50,660 bases of DNA from a virus (lineage: Duplodnaviria; Caudoviricetes): the IMG/VR virus record IMGVR_UViG_3300003965_000014, positions 1 to 50,660 of that record. One strand, 5' to 3'. Shown here piece by piece: positions 26,550 to 36,738 of this stretch (positions are counted from its first letter, which is position 1; every line of letters begins with the position of its first letter). The notes below the pieces were generated by a model. The model saw nothing but the letters and a program-made list of their open reading frames with translations. It was not told the origin of the DNA and ran no database searches. The position numbers and the translations under genes were made by a program.

Positions 26550-28900
26550 TCACCTTCAGCAAATTCGGCCGTCATGGCAACCTCGGCAATCAGCTCTTTC
26601 AATACGCATCATTAATCGGGTTTAGCAAAGCATACGGCTATGAATTACAACTACCGCAATGGCAGTATGCAGAGTATTTTGATTCAGTATTTCCATCAAC
26701 GCTAAACCTCAAACCACTAACTCTGGTCAACGAACCCACATTTAATTACAACCCCGATTTTTTTCAGCAACATTTTAAAAATCAGGAACAAAATTTTGAT
26801 GTGCTTGGATGGCTGCAATCTGAACGCTATTGGGAAAGATGCAAAGAACATGTAAAAGCAGCCCTCACCTTTAAAGCCTCATTCATTGATAGTGTTATAC
26901 AGAAATTCAACACACTATCAACTATAAACCATGAACTATCAACTTGTATCGCCATCTCCATCCGCCGTGGCGATTACGTTGACAATCCCAACTATTACCA
27001 GCTGCCCATTGATTACTATCTCCACGCACTCTATGAAAACTTTCCTGATTGGAAAGAGCGGCACATAATCATCTTTTCAGATGATTATCACTACTGCAAA
27101 ATTCACTTTGCAGCAGCGCCAAATGTAATGTATGCAGAAGGCCTCAACGCCATTGAGCAGCTCTGCCTTATGAGTCTTTGTAAAGATTTCATCATTGCAA
27201 ATTCTACCTTCTCCTGGTGGGGTGCTTACTTAGCGGAACTTCAGCGGCCCTGCTCCACTACCATAGTACGGCCAAACCATCACTTTGCAGGTAAGCTGCA
27301 GCAGTCAAGTGATTGGAGTGATTACTATCCTAACCGCTGGGTGGCTTTTGAACACGAAGGCAAAAAGTTTGATCTCACAAATACCACTTTTACCGTTCCC
27401 GTTAGTTACGATCACCCGCACCGCAAACAAAATCTGGATCTGAACATCTGTATGCTGCAGCGCACCTTTGATACCAATGTTATCATTGGTGAGCAGGGTG
27501 CAAATCCCCAGTTTCATTACATGGCGCAATGGTGTAAGTATCACTACTTCACCGGCATGCAGGAGTTTCACCGTACCAAAATGCTCAATGATATGGCCCA
27601 CATGGCCAAAACTGAGATTGTGGTAAACTGGGATGCAGATGTATTTCTTCCACCGCTCAGCATTTTACTTTCAGTTGAAAAAATGTGCCCGCCTTGTTCA
27701 AAAGAAACTCCTGATTTTGTTTACCCATACGATGGCCGTTTTGCCCGTGTGCCACGCAGCTTTCATAAATCATTAGAGCAAAAATTTGATCTCGGCATCT
27801 TTTGTGATTATAAATTCCCGGGTACCAATGAGAATGACCCCATCAGCGTAGGTGGTGCCGTCTTCTGCAACAAACAGGCTTTCATTGAAGCAGGTATGGA
27901 AAATGAGCACATGATATCCTATGCGCCGGAAGACCGTGAACGTTACCTGCGTTTTAACACCCTCGGCTTTAATGTACAGCGCATACCCGGCCCTATCTAT
28001 CACCTGGATCATTGGCGTGGCCCTAATAGTTCCAGTGCCAATCTGTTCTTTCAAAAAAACAATGCGCTGTACCAGCAGTATAAATCATACACAAAAGAAG
28101 AGTGGCAGCAAGAGATCAACTCTTGGCCTTGGGTAAATCCTACATCTTTCTTCGTATCTGATAATTCAGAAGGCATTGATGTGGTAATTCCCATCGGTCG
28201 TGGTTCCACTTGGAAAAATAATGAGCTGCGTTACTGCCTGCGCTCCATACAGCAGCACCTCAAAGGCTACCGTAACATTTACATCATTGGCAACATACCT
28301 GAGTTTTTAAAACAAGTGCAGGGTATCATCACCATCAACTTTCCCGATCCTGCACCAGGCAATCCTGCCCTCAATATTTACAGAAAGCTGCTGTTTGCAT
28401 CTTGGCTGCAGGAGGTAAGTGATGATTTCCTAATGTTCAATGATGATTACTTTTTAATTGCTGATACTGATGCCGCAACCATCCCGCATTATTACAAACC
28501 ACAAAACCTGCAAGAGTGCATTAAAAAAATTCAACCGGGCAATACATTTCGTACAGCGGTTGAAAACACAATTAAGGCACTCCAGGAAAAAAGCTTTGAG
28601 CTGAAGTATTTTGATATTCACGTACCCATGCTGTACAATAAGCAAAAGTTTGCACAGGTAATGCAGCAATACAACTGGACTCTTCCGTATGGCTACACCG
28701 CTAAAAGTCTTTATTGCAACAGCCTGGGTATTGCCGGGGAAGAATTGCCCGATTGTAAAATTGATACAGGCCTTACCGCCACAGAAATTGAACAGTGGAT
28801 CAACGGCCGCTTTGTCTTTAGCGTAGGTGATGCCGGTTTGTTTGGAGAAATGAAGCAATGGCTGCAAAACAGGTTTCCTAACCCCTCACCGTTTGAATAA
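26546..28900 (+). CDS. Three-domain glycosyltransferase: GT11 fucosyltransferase + GT-A (GT7-like) + Stealth-like
   Basis: GNLGNQLFQY, IRRGDY, NSTFSWWGA; WDAD, VGG, PEDRE; ELRYCLRSI, FNDDYF. Confidence 0.78.
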   Translation: MITFSKFGRHGNLGNQLFQYASLIGFSKAYGYELQLPQWQYAEYFDSVFPSTLNLKPLTLVNEPTFNYNPDFFQQHFKNQEQNFDVLGWLQSERYWERCKEHVKAALTFKASFIDSVIQKFNTLSTINHELSTCIAISIRRGDYVDNPNYYQLPIDYYLHALYENFPDWKERHIIIFSDDYHYCKIHFAAAPNVMYAEGLNAIEQLCLMSLCKDFIIANSTFSWWGAYLAELQRPCSTTIVRPNHHFAGKLQQSSDWSDYYPNRWVAFEHEGKKFDLTNTTFTVPVSYDHPHRKQNLDLNICMLQRTFDTNVIIGEQGANPQFHYMAQWCKYHYFTGMQEFHRTKMLNDMAHMAKTEIVVNWDADVFLPPLSILLSVEKMCPPCSKETPDFVYPYDGRFARVPRSFHKSLEQKFDLGIFCDYKFPGTNENDPISVGGAVFCNKQAFIEAGMENEHMISYAPEDRERYLRFNTLGFNVQRIPGPIYHLDHWRGPNSSSANLFFQKNNALYQQYKSYTKEEWQQEINSWPWVNPTSFFVSDNSEGIDVVIPIGRGSTWKNNELRYCLRSIQQHLKGYRNIYIIGNIPEFLKQVQGIITINFPDPAPGNPALNIYRKLLFASWLQEVSDDFLMFNDDYFLIADTDAATIPHYYKPQNLQECIKKIQPGNTFRTAVENTIKALQEKSFELKYFDIHVPMLYNKQKFAQVMQQYNWTLPYGYTAKSLYCNSLGIAGEELPDCKIDTGLTATEIEQWINGRFVFSVGDAGLFGEMKQWLQNRFPNPSPFE

Positions 28901-28991
28901 ACGGAGCAACCGGGCTACAGGCATCCAGAGAAGGCGAAAAAGGGCCGTTATAATATCAAAACGCATATTGCTCATGCTGTAAAAATAAAAA

Positions 28992-29027
28992 TGTCCTTTT
29001 TACCGCCCTAATCAATTTGCAACTTCA
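28992..29027 (+). promoter_or_regulatory. Putative phage late promoter 5
   Basis: TGTCCTTT-N20-CAACTTCA; ATG at 29032. Confidence 0.7.
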
Positions 29028-29031
29028 CAGT

Positions 29032-29382
29032 ATGGACATCAGTAACATCATCCGGGCAACTCTTAATATCACCGCTTACGCCGGTGATACTTTTGATACC
29101 ACCATGTGGTTTAAAGACGCACAGGGCGTTAAAATTGATCTCACCGGCTGCACCATTCTAATGCAGATCCGTGATGCAGAAGATGCTTTAATTAAAGAGC
29201 TTTCTGCACCCGTTGATTTTACCATTGATGACAGTGTAATTGTGTTTAAATCAAACCTCAACATTCCTGCCGGCACCTACCAGTATGATCTGCAGTGTAC
29301 GTTTCAGGATGGCCGTATTAAAACACTGGCAGGCGGCAAGTTTAAAGTACAGAAACAAGTAACCATTCCGCAAGGCTCATGA
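29032..29382 (+). CDS. BppU-like tail fibre anchor protein
   Basis: GDTF, IDLTGCTILMQIR, GTYQYDLQ, GKFKV. Confidence 0.6.
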   Translation: MDISNIIRATLNITAYAGDTFDTTMWFKDAQGVKIDLTGCTILMQIRDAEDALIKELSAPVDFTIDDSVIVFKSNLNIPAGTYQYDLQCTFQDGRIKTLAGGKFKVQKQVTIPQGS

Positions 29383-29618
29383 TTACAGTAGTTGTAAATA
29401 ACACACAGGAATCAGAGGTACAGTTAACCAATGAAGAAGCTACACAGATTGTGGTAGAGCTGGCACCACCGCCTGCCGTTGCATTACAAACCATCAGTAA
29501 TACACCGGCCGTGGTACAGGTTCAAACTACAGTTGGAGTACAAGGTCCGCCTGGTCCGCAAGGCCCGCAGGGTTCTTTAGATCCTGATGCGGTAGTCAAT
29601 GGAGGAATCATTTTTTAA
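29379..29618 (+). CDS. Small protein with collagen-like repeat
   Basis: GVQGPPGPQGPQG. Confidence 0.6.
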   Translation: MITVVVNNTQESEVQLTNEEATQIVVELAPPPAVALQTISNTPAVVQVQTTVGVQGPPGPQGPQGSLDPDAVVNGGIIF

Positions 29619-29634
29619 ACCATAAAAACAAACA

Positions 29635-30126
29635 ATGGCCAACACTATTTTAATAAAACGCAAAACCACAGCAGGCGCTCCTTCGCTGGCGCAACTTTCA
29701 GTGGGAGAACTCTGCCTGGTTATTCCGGATAACGCCATTTACTGGAAAAAAGATGCCTCTACTATTGTAGGGCCAATTGGGGTAAGCTCAGGAGCAGTTT
29801 GGGGCGCTATTACGGGCACTTTAAGCAGCCAGACAGATCTGCAGGCTGCATTAGATGCAAAAGCTCCTTTGGTAAGCCCTGCACTCACAGGCACACCCAC
29901 AGCGCCTACAGCTTCAGGTGGTACAAACACTGCACAGGTTGCAACCACAGCCTTTGTACAGGCAGCTATTGCTGCATTGGTAAATGCAGCACCCGGCGCA
30001 TTGGATACGCTTAATGAGCTGGCAGCAGCCCTTGGTAACGATCCTAATTTTGCATCCACGGTTACAGCTGCTTTAGCTGCAAAACTGGATGCAAACAGTA
30101 CCATTGACGGAGGAACAATTTCATAA
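29635..30126 (+). CDS. Tail fibre segment
   Basis: APLVSPALTGTPTAPT and LDTLNELAAALGNDPNF fibre repeats. Confidence 0.8.
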   Translation: MANTILIKRKTTAGAPSLAQLSVGELCLVIPDNAIYWKKDASTIVGPIGVSSGAVWGAITGTLSSQTDLQAALDAKAPLVSPALTGTPTAPTASGGTNTAQVATTAFVQAAIAALVNAAPGALDTLNELAAALGNDPNFASTVTAALAAKLDANSTIDGGTIS

Positions 30127-30129
30127 TTT

Positions 30130-30966
30130 ATGCCAAACCGTTTACAGATACGAAGAAAAACAAGCACAGGCGCTCCCGCATCTGGAGATTTACTTCAGTA
30201 TGAACTTTGCTGGGTTGATCCTGACAGGCAATTGTATATTGAAAAAACTGATGCATCTGTTTTTTTAATCAACCACCCCGGCAACATCTCAGACGGAAGG
30301 TATTTCTATACTGAAACTGATTTCCTAAATGGTAGCACACCGCAAGCTCAGTTTGTAGGGGCTGCAATTGGTTCAGGCACCAATACAACTGTGCCCACCG
30401 GTACAGCTATTGACGTAAACCATCCGGGCGTGATACTTATACGCAGCTCCACTGCGGCAAACAGTGGTTACTTCTACTTAGGCGGCACCAGCACCAATAG
30501 TGCATTAATGGTAATTAACGGCGGTGAGGTGTTCAATTTCGTATTTCGTACCATGGCAGGCTTTACAAATACAACGCTTCGTTTCGGGTTTCCTAACACA
30601 CTTTCTGTAACTGCTCCTAATGATGGTGTTTGGTTAGAATTCTTGGGTAACTCCACATTACAGGGCCGTACCGGTAATGCAGGTTCTTTGAGTACAACTG
30701 CATCAAACTTCAGTTTATCAACAAGTACCTGGTACCACGGCCGTGTATCAATCAACGAAGCTAAAACACAGGCTTTATTTCAGCTGTACAGCGAAGCAGG
30801 CAGCCTTTTGTGGACTGATACATTATCCAATAATATTCCAGGTGCAACACGTACCACACGCCCGGGCTTTATTGTTACCAACAGTGGCACAACCGCCACA
30901 GATTTATTGTGTGTTGATTATATGAATGCTTACACCACCAAAAGACTGCAAAGAGGTAATTTCTGA
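30130..30966 (+). CDS. Tail fibre / receptor-binding protein
   Basis: N-terminus paralogous to the previous gene; S/T/G-rich beta-type C-terminus. Confidence 0.6.
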   Translation: MPNRLQIRRKTSTGAPASGDLLQYELCWVDPDRQLYIEKTDASVFLINHPGNISDGRYFYTETDFLNGSTPQAQFVGAAIGSGTNTTVPTGTAIDVNHPGVILIRSSTAANSGYFYLGGTSTNSALMVINGGEVFNFVFRTMAGFTNTTLRFGFPNTLSVTAPNDGVWLEFLGNSTLQGRTGNAGSLSTTASNFSLSTSTWYHGRVSINEAKTQALFQLYSEAGSLLWTDTLSNNIPGATRTTRPGFIVTNSGTTATDLLCVDYMNAYTTKRLQRGNF

Positions 30967-32156
30967 TGAGTTACGATAAACTTTTCAAACGTGCGGGCGA
31001 AAAACTGAAGCTGCTTACCACCGTTGAGGAAATAAGGGCTTTTTTGGAACTGGATGATGCTTTAACAGGTATTACGGCTGCAATGATCAGTAACTGGAAC
31101 ACAGCCTATGGATGGGGTAATCATGCAAGCGCAGGCTATCTCACAACAGAAATAGATCCTACAGTAGCAGCACATATCAAAACCATAACCAATACACAAA
31201 TTACTAATTGGGATACTGCTTTCGGATGGGGTAACCATGCTACTGCAGGTTACCTTACTTCATTACCATCTCATACACATCCGTTAAGTCAATTGCAGCA
31301 GAGCGGTGCTTCTGCTAACCAGGTACCGCAGTGGAACGGATCTGCATGGGTGCCGGCTACTATCAGCGCAGGCAACATTTACACGCAAAACGGGACGCTT
31401 ACAGGAAACAGACAACTGACGCTCGGAGGTTTTACGTTTAGCATGTTGAGCGGCGCTAATACAGCGTTTCATCTTTTTGCCAACGGTCGGGCGTGGTTTG
31501 GAAACGGAAGCCCCGTAGACGGCGGGTTTCAGGTTGACGTAAACGGTACATTCAGGGCGTCGGGCACAATTACAGCAGGCGGCAACATTAACGTAGTAAG
31601 CGGTAACAGGATAAATGCAGACGGCATTTTAAATTTTGCGAACTGGGGAACTGACGTATTAAGATTATCGAACGGGTTTGTTTCTTTTGCAAGAAACGGA
31701 AGTCACACGTTTAACGCCGACGTAAACTTTTCCTCAAACTCAACAACTGCTGCTGGTATTATATGGCGCAAAGATTCAGCAACGGGGTTTGGAGGTTGTA
31801 TTGCAATGCTTACTGGCATTGGCGGCTCTGGAAGCATTCAATGGTCAAGGTACGCCTTGCACGATATGTTGTATTCATCTGGGAATTCCGCACCCGTTGT
31901 ATTGTATGCGTCAGGTGACAACGGAGGTTGGGCTTTTGGAGCAAGTGCCGACTATTCGCCTCATAGTTCAGCAATGCTTACTATTAACTCAACCACGAAA
32001 GGGTTTTTACCACCACGCATGACAGGCGCACAGGCAGAAGCAATTACCACGCCTGCAGCCGGCTTACTGGTGTACATCAATAACGGCAACGGAGCAACAA
32101 TTACAACCACCGGGTGGTGGGGCTATGATGGCACTACCTGGGTAAAACTTAATTAA
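30966..32156 (+). CDS. Tail fibre protein
   Basis: Two NWxTAxGWGNHAxAGYLT repeats; C-terminal STTKGFLPPRMT..GLLVY module. Confidence 0.7.
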   Translation: MSYDKLFKRAGEKLKLLTTVEEIRAFLELDDALTGITAAMISNWNTAYGWGNHASAGYLTTEIDPTVAAHIKTITNTQITNWDTAFGWGNHATAGYLTSLPSHTHPLSQLQQSGASANQVPQWNGSAWVPATISAGNIYTQNGTLTGNRQLTLGGFTFSMLSGANTAFHLFANGRAWFGNGSPVDGGFQVDVNGTFRASGTITAGGNINVVSGNRINADGILNFANWGTDVLRLSNGFVSFARNGSHTFNADVNFSSNSTTAAGIIWRKDSATGFGGCIAMLTGIGGSGSIQWSRYALHDMLYSSGNSAPVVLYASGDNGGWAFGASADYSPHSSAMLTINSTTKGFLPPRMTGAQAEAITTPAAGLLVYINNGNGATITTTGWWGYDGTTWVKLN

Positions 32157-32157
32157 C

Positions 32158-32454
32158 ATGAGCGAACTTATTTTAAGTGTAGAACCTTCAAAGGATTTTG
32201 TATTTAAACCAAATATGCTGGAGGTTAAGATCAGGGAAACAAACCTTGTAGCAGGTACGGTAACCATTGATTTCTTATTGAAAGAAACCACACTTGATAA
32301 CTCCCGCTATGTTTCCCGTGAGTGGGTTGACAAGGGAACCATTACAGCGTCGCTCAATTTAATTGCCAATGCCCGCAATGAGGATGGTACGCTTAACGCT
32401 GCCGTCATTAACCAGTTTCTATCAGTTTTTAATCTTCAATTAAAGCAATCATGA
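32158..32454 (+). CDS. Hypothetical tail-associated protein
   Basis: Translationally coupled ORF. Confidence 0.55.
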   Translation: MSELILSVEPSKDFVFKPNMLEVKIRETNLVAGTVTIDFLLKETTLDNSRYVSREWVDKGTITASLNLIANARNEDGTLNAAVINQFLSVFNLQLKQS

Positions 32455-32654
32455 ATCCGGATTACACGCAGCTTTCAGAGCAGGAACTTAAAGCCACTGC
32501 TTACGACCTTATTTGCAAAATCAACTTTTTACAAAGTGAGCTTCAAAAAGTTGAAACAACTCTTATAAAAAAACAGCAGGAGCAGCAATCTGCTAAAACA
32601 CCTGAGGTTCAAAATACACAAGAGCAGCAGCAACCACCTATAAAAGTGGGCTAA
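32451..32654 (+). CDS. Small coiled-coil protein, possible fibre chaperone
   Basis: ELKATAYDL; ATGA overlap. Confidence 0.5.
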   Translation: MNPDYTQLSEQELKATAYDLICKINFLQSELQKVETTLIKKQQEQQSAKTPEVQNTQEQQQPPIKVG

Positions 32655-32658
32655 AGCA

Positions 32659-32694
32659 TGTCCTTTTTGCAACGCCCTTACAGTTGCACATTAG
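32659..32694 (+). promoter_or_regulatory. Putative phage late promoter 6
   Basis: TGTCCTTT-N20-CACATTAG; ATG at 32699. Confidence 0.7.
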
Positions 32695-32698
32695 CAGT

Positions 32699-33553
32699 AT
32701 GGTAAATGTTCAGCTTTTTCAACCCGGCAAAGTCGATCTTTCGCTCCAGCTGCCTTCAGCCTGGAACGAATTAACCGTTGCTGAGCTGCACGCCGTAGCT
32801 AAAGCCATTTTATCACCGGAAGGCTTTAATCAAAAAGCATACATCTTTAAAGAGCTGCTTACAGGTCGCAGCAAAAAACAAAAAATAAAACTGCAACAAA
32901 CTGTACTGGCTTCCATCAATCCGGAAGATGCAGTTCTAAGCGCTTACCCTGCCATCAACTTCATTTTTGAAGATAACAACCTTACGGAGCAGCCCTACAA
33001 TCGCATAAAACTGCCGGGCCTTATACCTCGTACAGTATATGGTCCTCTCAGCGCCTTCAATAACCTCACAGTGGGTGAGTATGAGCATGCATTTATTGCT
33101 TACAACCTTTTTAAGCAGGAGCAGCTGCCGGAGCACCTGGCACAACTCATGGCCATCCTTTGGCGGCCAAAAAATACACCCTACATGAGTGTGCTTAAAA
33201 AAACAAACAGTTACCGTTATTACGATGCAGATAAAATGCAGCCACGGTTTGCAAAACTTCCTGCATGGCAACTGTACACAGCTTTTATGTGGTTCACCGG
33301 CTGCATCAATCACCTGGTGGCGCTCTTTCCAAAAGTGTTTTTAAAACCTGCTCCGGCCGGCGCACCGCAGTCTGCAGAAATTGACATCATGGCTTTTACC
33401 AAAAGTATTCATGCGGCTGCAGGTCCTAAAAACGGTGGCAGAGATGCAATCAGGCTCACTATGGTAAAAGAGTTCCTGTTTGAATGCCAGGAGCAAATCA
33501 TACAATCAGAAAAACAAATGGAGGAATTTGAAAATGCTAAACGTAAACGTTGA
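32699..33553 (+). CDS. Hypothetical tail assembly protein
   Basis: PSAWNELT, LMAILWRP, FPKVF. Confidence 0.55.
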   Translation: MVNVQLFQPGKVDLSLQLPSAWNELTVAELHAVAKAILSPEGFNQKAYIFKELLTGRSKKQKIKLQQTVLASINPEDAVLSAYPAINFIFEDNNLTEQPYNRIKLPGLIPRTVYGPLSAFNNLTVGEYEHAFIAYNLFKQEQLPEHLAQLMAILWRPKNTPYMSVLKKTNSYRYYDADKMQPRFAKLPAWQLYTAFMWFTGCINHLVALFPKVFLKPAPAGAPQSAEIDIMAFTKSIHAAAGPKNGGRDAIRLTMVKEFLFECQEQIIQSEKQMEEFENAKRKR

Positions 33554-34094
33554 TCAGTACATCAGTTACTTCCGTAACCTGGCAGTAACGCACCACTTAA
33601 TTCAGCATGATCCTGATACTGAAAACGGAGGTGGCAATATTGAACACAAACGCTTTGCACGCTGGGGTGTGGAAGAAGCAGTTGCAGGTTTACGCAGCGC
33701 TTTGGGAGATCCTGCACTGCTGCTGGAAATGTATGAAGTAGTAACAGCATCCTCCAATGTGTATGATATAAAGCCCGTGCACAGCGGCGCTTTTACAGTA
33801 GTAAAATCAGCAGCAACGGGTAATACACAAGAGGAAGTGGAAGCATTTACCCTAACTGAATCAATCGTAACAGATCTGCTGCGCCGCATCTGGCAGGATC
33901 ATTACGGTAAAAACAAAAACAGGTGCAACACACCTTTTGCGGATGTTGTTTTTAACGGCCTTAACATCGTTCCGGTGGGTCCGCTTTTTACCAATCATTT
34001 TGGCTGGCGGGTAGAGTTTCAGTTTAAACCAAAAAACCTTTTTGATGTAACGGCGCCGCTGGATGATAACACATTCATTCAATCCATTTCTTAA
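33534..34094 (+). CDS. Putative tail completion protein
   Basis: VGPLFTNHFGWRVEF; positional call. Confidence 0.45.
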   Translation: MLNVNVDQYISYFRNLAVTHHLIQHDPDTENGGGNIEHKRFARWGVEEAVAGLRSALGDPALLLEMYEVVTASSNVYDIKPVHSGAFTVVKSAATGNTQEEVEAFTLTESIVTDLLRRIWQDHYGKNKNRCNTPFADVVFNGLNIVPVGPLFTNHFGWRVEFQFKPKNLFDVTAPLDDNTFIQSIS

Positions 34095-34096
34095 CC

Positions 34097-34534
34097 ATGC
34101 AGGGCGATTTAAAAAAAGCATTTATACTGAAATCAGTCATTGAGTACAATGAAAGGGTAAGCTCACAGATGGTGATTGCTGCCCGCAGGTTAAAGATTGG
34201 CGTTACCAATGAAGGAATCAGTTCTATTGCTTACCAGGCTGCAGCACAGGGTAATGGTGTTGTGAGTAAACTCAGTTTTAAAGAATACCTGCGCATGGTG
34301 GATATGGGTGCCGGTCGTGGTAATCCCATCGGCGGTTTAAGTACCATGAGAGTAACGCTGCAGGCCAGTAATACAAGGGGTTTGGCAGTCACTAAAAAGA
34401 AACGTAAACCCAAAAAGTTCTATTCAAAAATTGCATATGGTAACCTTACGTGGCTTCAAAACAATCTGCTTTACGGCTATACTCAGGAAACTATTGCAAT
34501 GCTTCAAAAAGAAATTTCACAAAATCAACAATAA
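34097..34534 (+). CDS. Putative neck/tail completion protein
   Basis: YLRMVDMGAGRG, KRKPKKFYSK. Confidence 0.5.
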   Translation: MQGDLKKAFILKSVIEYNERVSSQMVIAARRLKIGVTNEGISSIAYQAAAQGNGVVSKLSFKEYLRMVDMGAGRGNPIGGLSTMRVTLQASNTRGLAVTKKKRKPKKFYSKIAYGNLTWLQNNLLYGYTQETIAMLQKEISQNQQ

Positions 34535-34535
34535 C

Positions 34536-36725
34536 ATGGAAGCGATACTCATAAAAAAACCTCAGACTTTTTCCTTTAGCGGATCACCCATTCCCTGCGT
34601 TTGGGCAGTAACACCTTATACATCAGCAGATCAATTGGCAGATGTAAGATTGCAGCTTCGTGTATTGATTGAAAAAGAGTTTGGTTCTGAAGCGTATACA
34701 GAGGAATATATAAGAGAGCTGCTGCCGGATGCCGATGGAAAAATTTCCATAGAAATCCAGAGTATACTTGATCCGTTTTTAAAATGGTTTGTACCTCCTG
34801 TAAATGCCGTTCGCCCGGTAATTGCTGAGGGGCAAAGTATTCGTTATAAACTGCAATGGGTACTCATTAAAAATAACCTGCAGGCTGCTGATACAGAAGT
34901 AACAAATGTATTGTTTGCCATAAAAGGAGGGATGAGTTATACTTCTTTTGCACCCGCACATTATTTCAATAATCTTATCAATGAGCAGTTCTTTCTGGGT
35001 GTAGACCACAATCTTATAAAAACTGGTAAAGAAGAAAACAGATGGTTGTATTACCTGGAGCAATCAGAGTATGATTGGTACGGAACAACCAGCGTCAATT
35101 TTGTACTCAGGCAATTTATAAAAGATGATACGGGCAATTTTTGGTCAACTGCTGACAGTCCCGGTCTTTGGCAAAAACGTGGACAGATCATTTGTTTTCC
35201 CGTTGGATACAATCAACTTGATAAAGATTACATTCTTCCATCCAGCAGAAAAGCCGTGGCTTACACTATTGAACTGGTAGAAGAATTTACAACCGGCAGA
35301 GTGGCTTATGCTGATTTTGAATTAGATTACCGGAACTTTTACAACACCCACCAGTTGTACTACAGAAACAGTGATGGCGGTCTGAATACAATACGTTTTA
35401 CAGGACAGGTTGAATATGAAGCCGATTACCAAAAACAACAGGCACAACAAATTGAAATGCCTGATTACTTCCGTAACGGAAGCCCCATGGCTATTACTAA
35501 AATTTTAAAGCCAGAAGAAACTCAAAAATCAAAAGGAGCAACCGGCTTTGTATCTAAAAACGAAATCGAAAATCTTCGGGATTTATTTTTATCACAGGAA
35601 TGCTATGAGTTTAAAAACAATAAACTCATTCCTGTTATCATTAACAACAGCAACGTAAAATTCTATACTAATAAAGACGGCCTTTACTCATTGGTAGTAG
35701 AATGGGAAGATGCATTTCCAAGCCGCTGGAACAGTAAGGCAGAACTTACTGCAGTAAGTGGTTCCTGTCCATCATTGGAATCATTTAATGCCATTCAGAT
35801 ATCAACAAATGATTTGCAGATATCTTATGCACTTCAGGCGCCTTATGATATGGCTGAGGTGGAAATAACTTACAATACCACTACAGACCGCTTTTACGTT
35901 TACGGCAACTGTAACGTTTTTAAAAGAAATATGGATCCTACGCCCACGGCAAATGTTACAGTAAGGATGCGTACCGTGTGTAATGCTACATCAGTACCCA
36001 TTCAAACAGGATCCTGGAGCACACAGGTTATCACTTACAATGCCAATGTGCCGCCCACAGCAGTTGATGATAATATATTTTGCCCACCGGGAGTTCAATC
36101 AGCAACTGTTTTGCAGGGAAATCTGCTCACAAATGACTATGATCCGGATGGAGATCCAATTGAATGCGTACCTGTAACAAATCAGCCCACAACTGCCGGA
36201 GGTACTATAAGCATCTCTACAGCCGGTGTTGTTACATACAATCCTCCATCTTCCTCTTTTTCAGGACTGGACAGTTACACCTATGGCATTCGTAATGTAG
36301 GCGGCAGCATTGCTACAGCCACCGCTAAAGTTTTTATTCAGGTGAGCGGATTAGCAAATTTCATTTTTGTTAAGCTTACCATCAGAAATCAACGGGTTGT
36401 TACGCTTGGACCTCCCGGCAGCAGCTGGGAAGGAACGCAAACAATGGCAGAAGTATGGGTTGCCTATACAAGTGATGTGCAGGGATTTGTATTACAGGAT
36501 GTAACACAACGTAATATTGACATCAGTTTCAGAGAGCTTAAAAGAACATTCCAGCCTTCTTTCAGCGAAGTAAATACAGACACAACTGTTGATGCAGTAG
36601 GCAGTCAGCAAAAGCTTTATGATGGTGTGATTGCTCTTAACCTTCAGGGTCCCAATGTTGCAGCCCCGCAGGTTTGGGTGAAAGAATTTTCATTGCTGCC
36701 TAATGCCAGTTATCAAATCATTTAG
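34536..36725 (+). CDS. Tail protein with Ig/cadherin-like domain
   Basis: YRNSDGGLNTIRFTG; PTAVDD..LLTNDYDPDGD..VTYNP..DSYTY. Confidence 0.65.
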   Translation: MEAILIKKPQTFSFSGSPIPCVWAVTPYTSADQLADVRLQLRVLIEKEFGSEAYTEEYIRELLPDADGKISIEIQSILDPFLKWFVPPVNAVRPVIAEGQSIRYKLQWVLIKNNLQAADTEVTNVLFAIKGGMSYTSFAPAHYFNNLINEQFFLGVDHNLIKTGKEENRWLYYLEQSEYDWYGTTSVNFVLRQFIKDDTGNFWSTADSPGLWQKRGQIICFPVGYNQLDKDYILPSSRKAVAYTIELVEEFTTGRVAYADFELDYRNFYNTHQLYYRNSDGGLNTIRFTGQVEYEADYQKQQAQQIEMPDYFRNGSPMAITKILKPEETQKSKGATGFVSKNEIENLRDLFLSQECYEFKNNKLIPVIINNSNVKFYTNKDGLYSLVVEWEDAFPSRWNSKAELTAVSGSCPSLESFNAIQISTNDLQISYALQAPYDMAEVEITYNTTTDRFYVYGNCNVFKRNMDPTPTANVTVRMRTVCNATSVPIQTGSWSTQVITYNANVPPTAVDDNIFCPPGVQSATVLQGNLLTNDYDPDGDPIECVPVTNQPTTAGGTISISTAGVVTYNPPSSSFSGLDSYTYGIRNVGGSIATATAKVFIQVSGLANFIFVKLTIRNQRVVTLGPPGSSWEGTQTMAEVWVAYTSDVQGFVLQDVTQRNIDISFRELKRTFQPSFSEVNTDTTVDAVGSQQKLYDGVIALNLQGPNVAAPQVWVKEFSLLPNASYQII

Positions 36726-36738
36726 TGCCGTTTTCACT

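Noticed and set aside
29635-32156. Diversity-generating retroelement or invertible fibre shufflon
   Set aside because: No reverse transcriptase, no TR/VR pair and no inverted fibre fragments seen.
32699-34534. Programmed frameshift tail chaperone pair
   Set aside because: No convincing slippery site with the expected overlapping ORF arrangement identified by eye.
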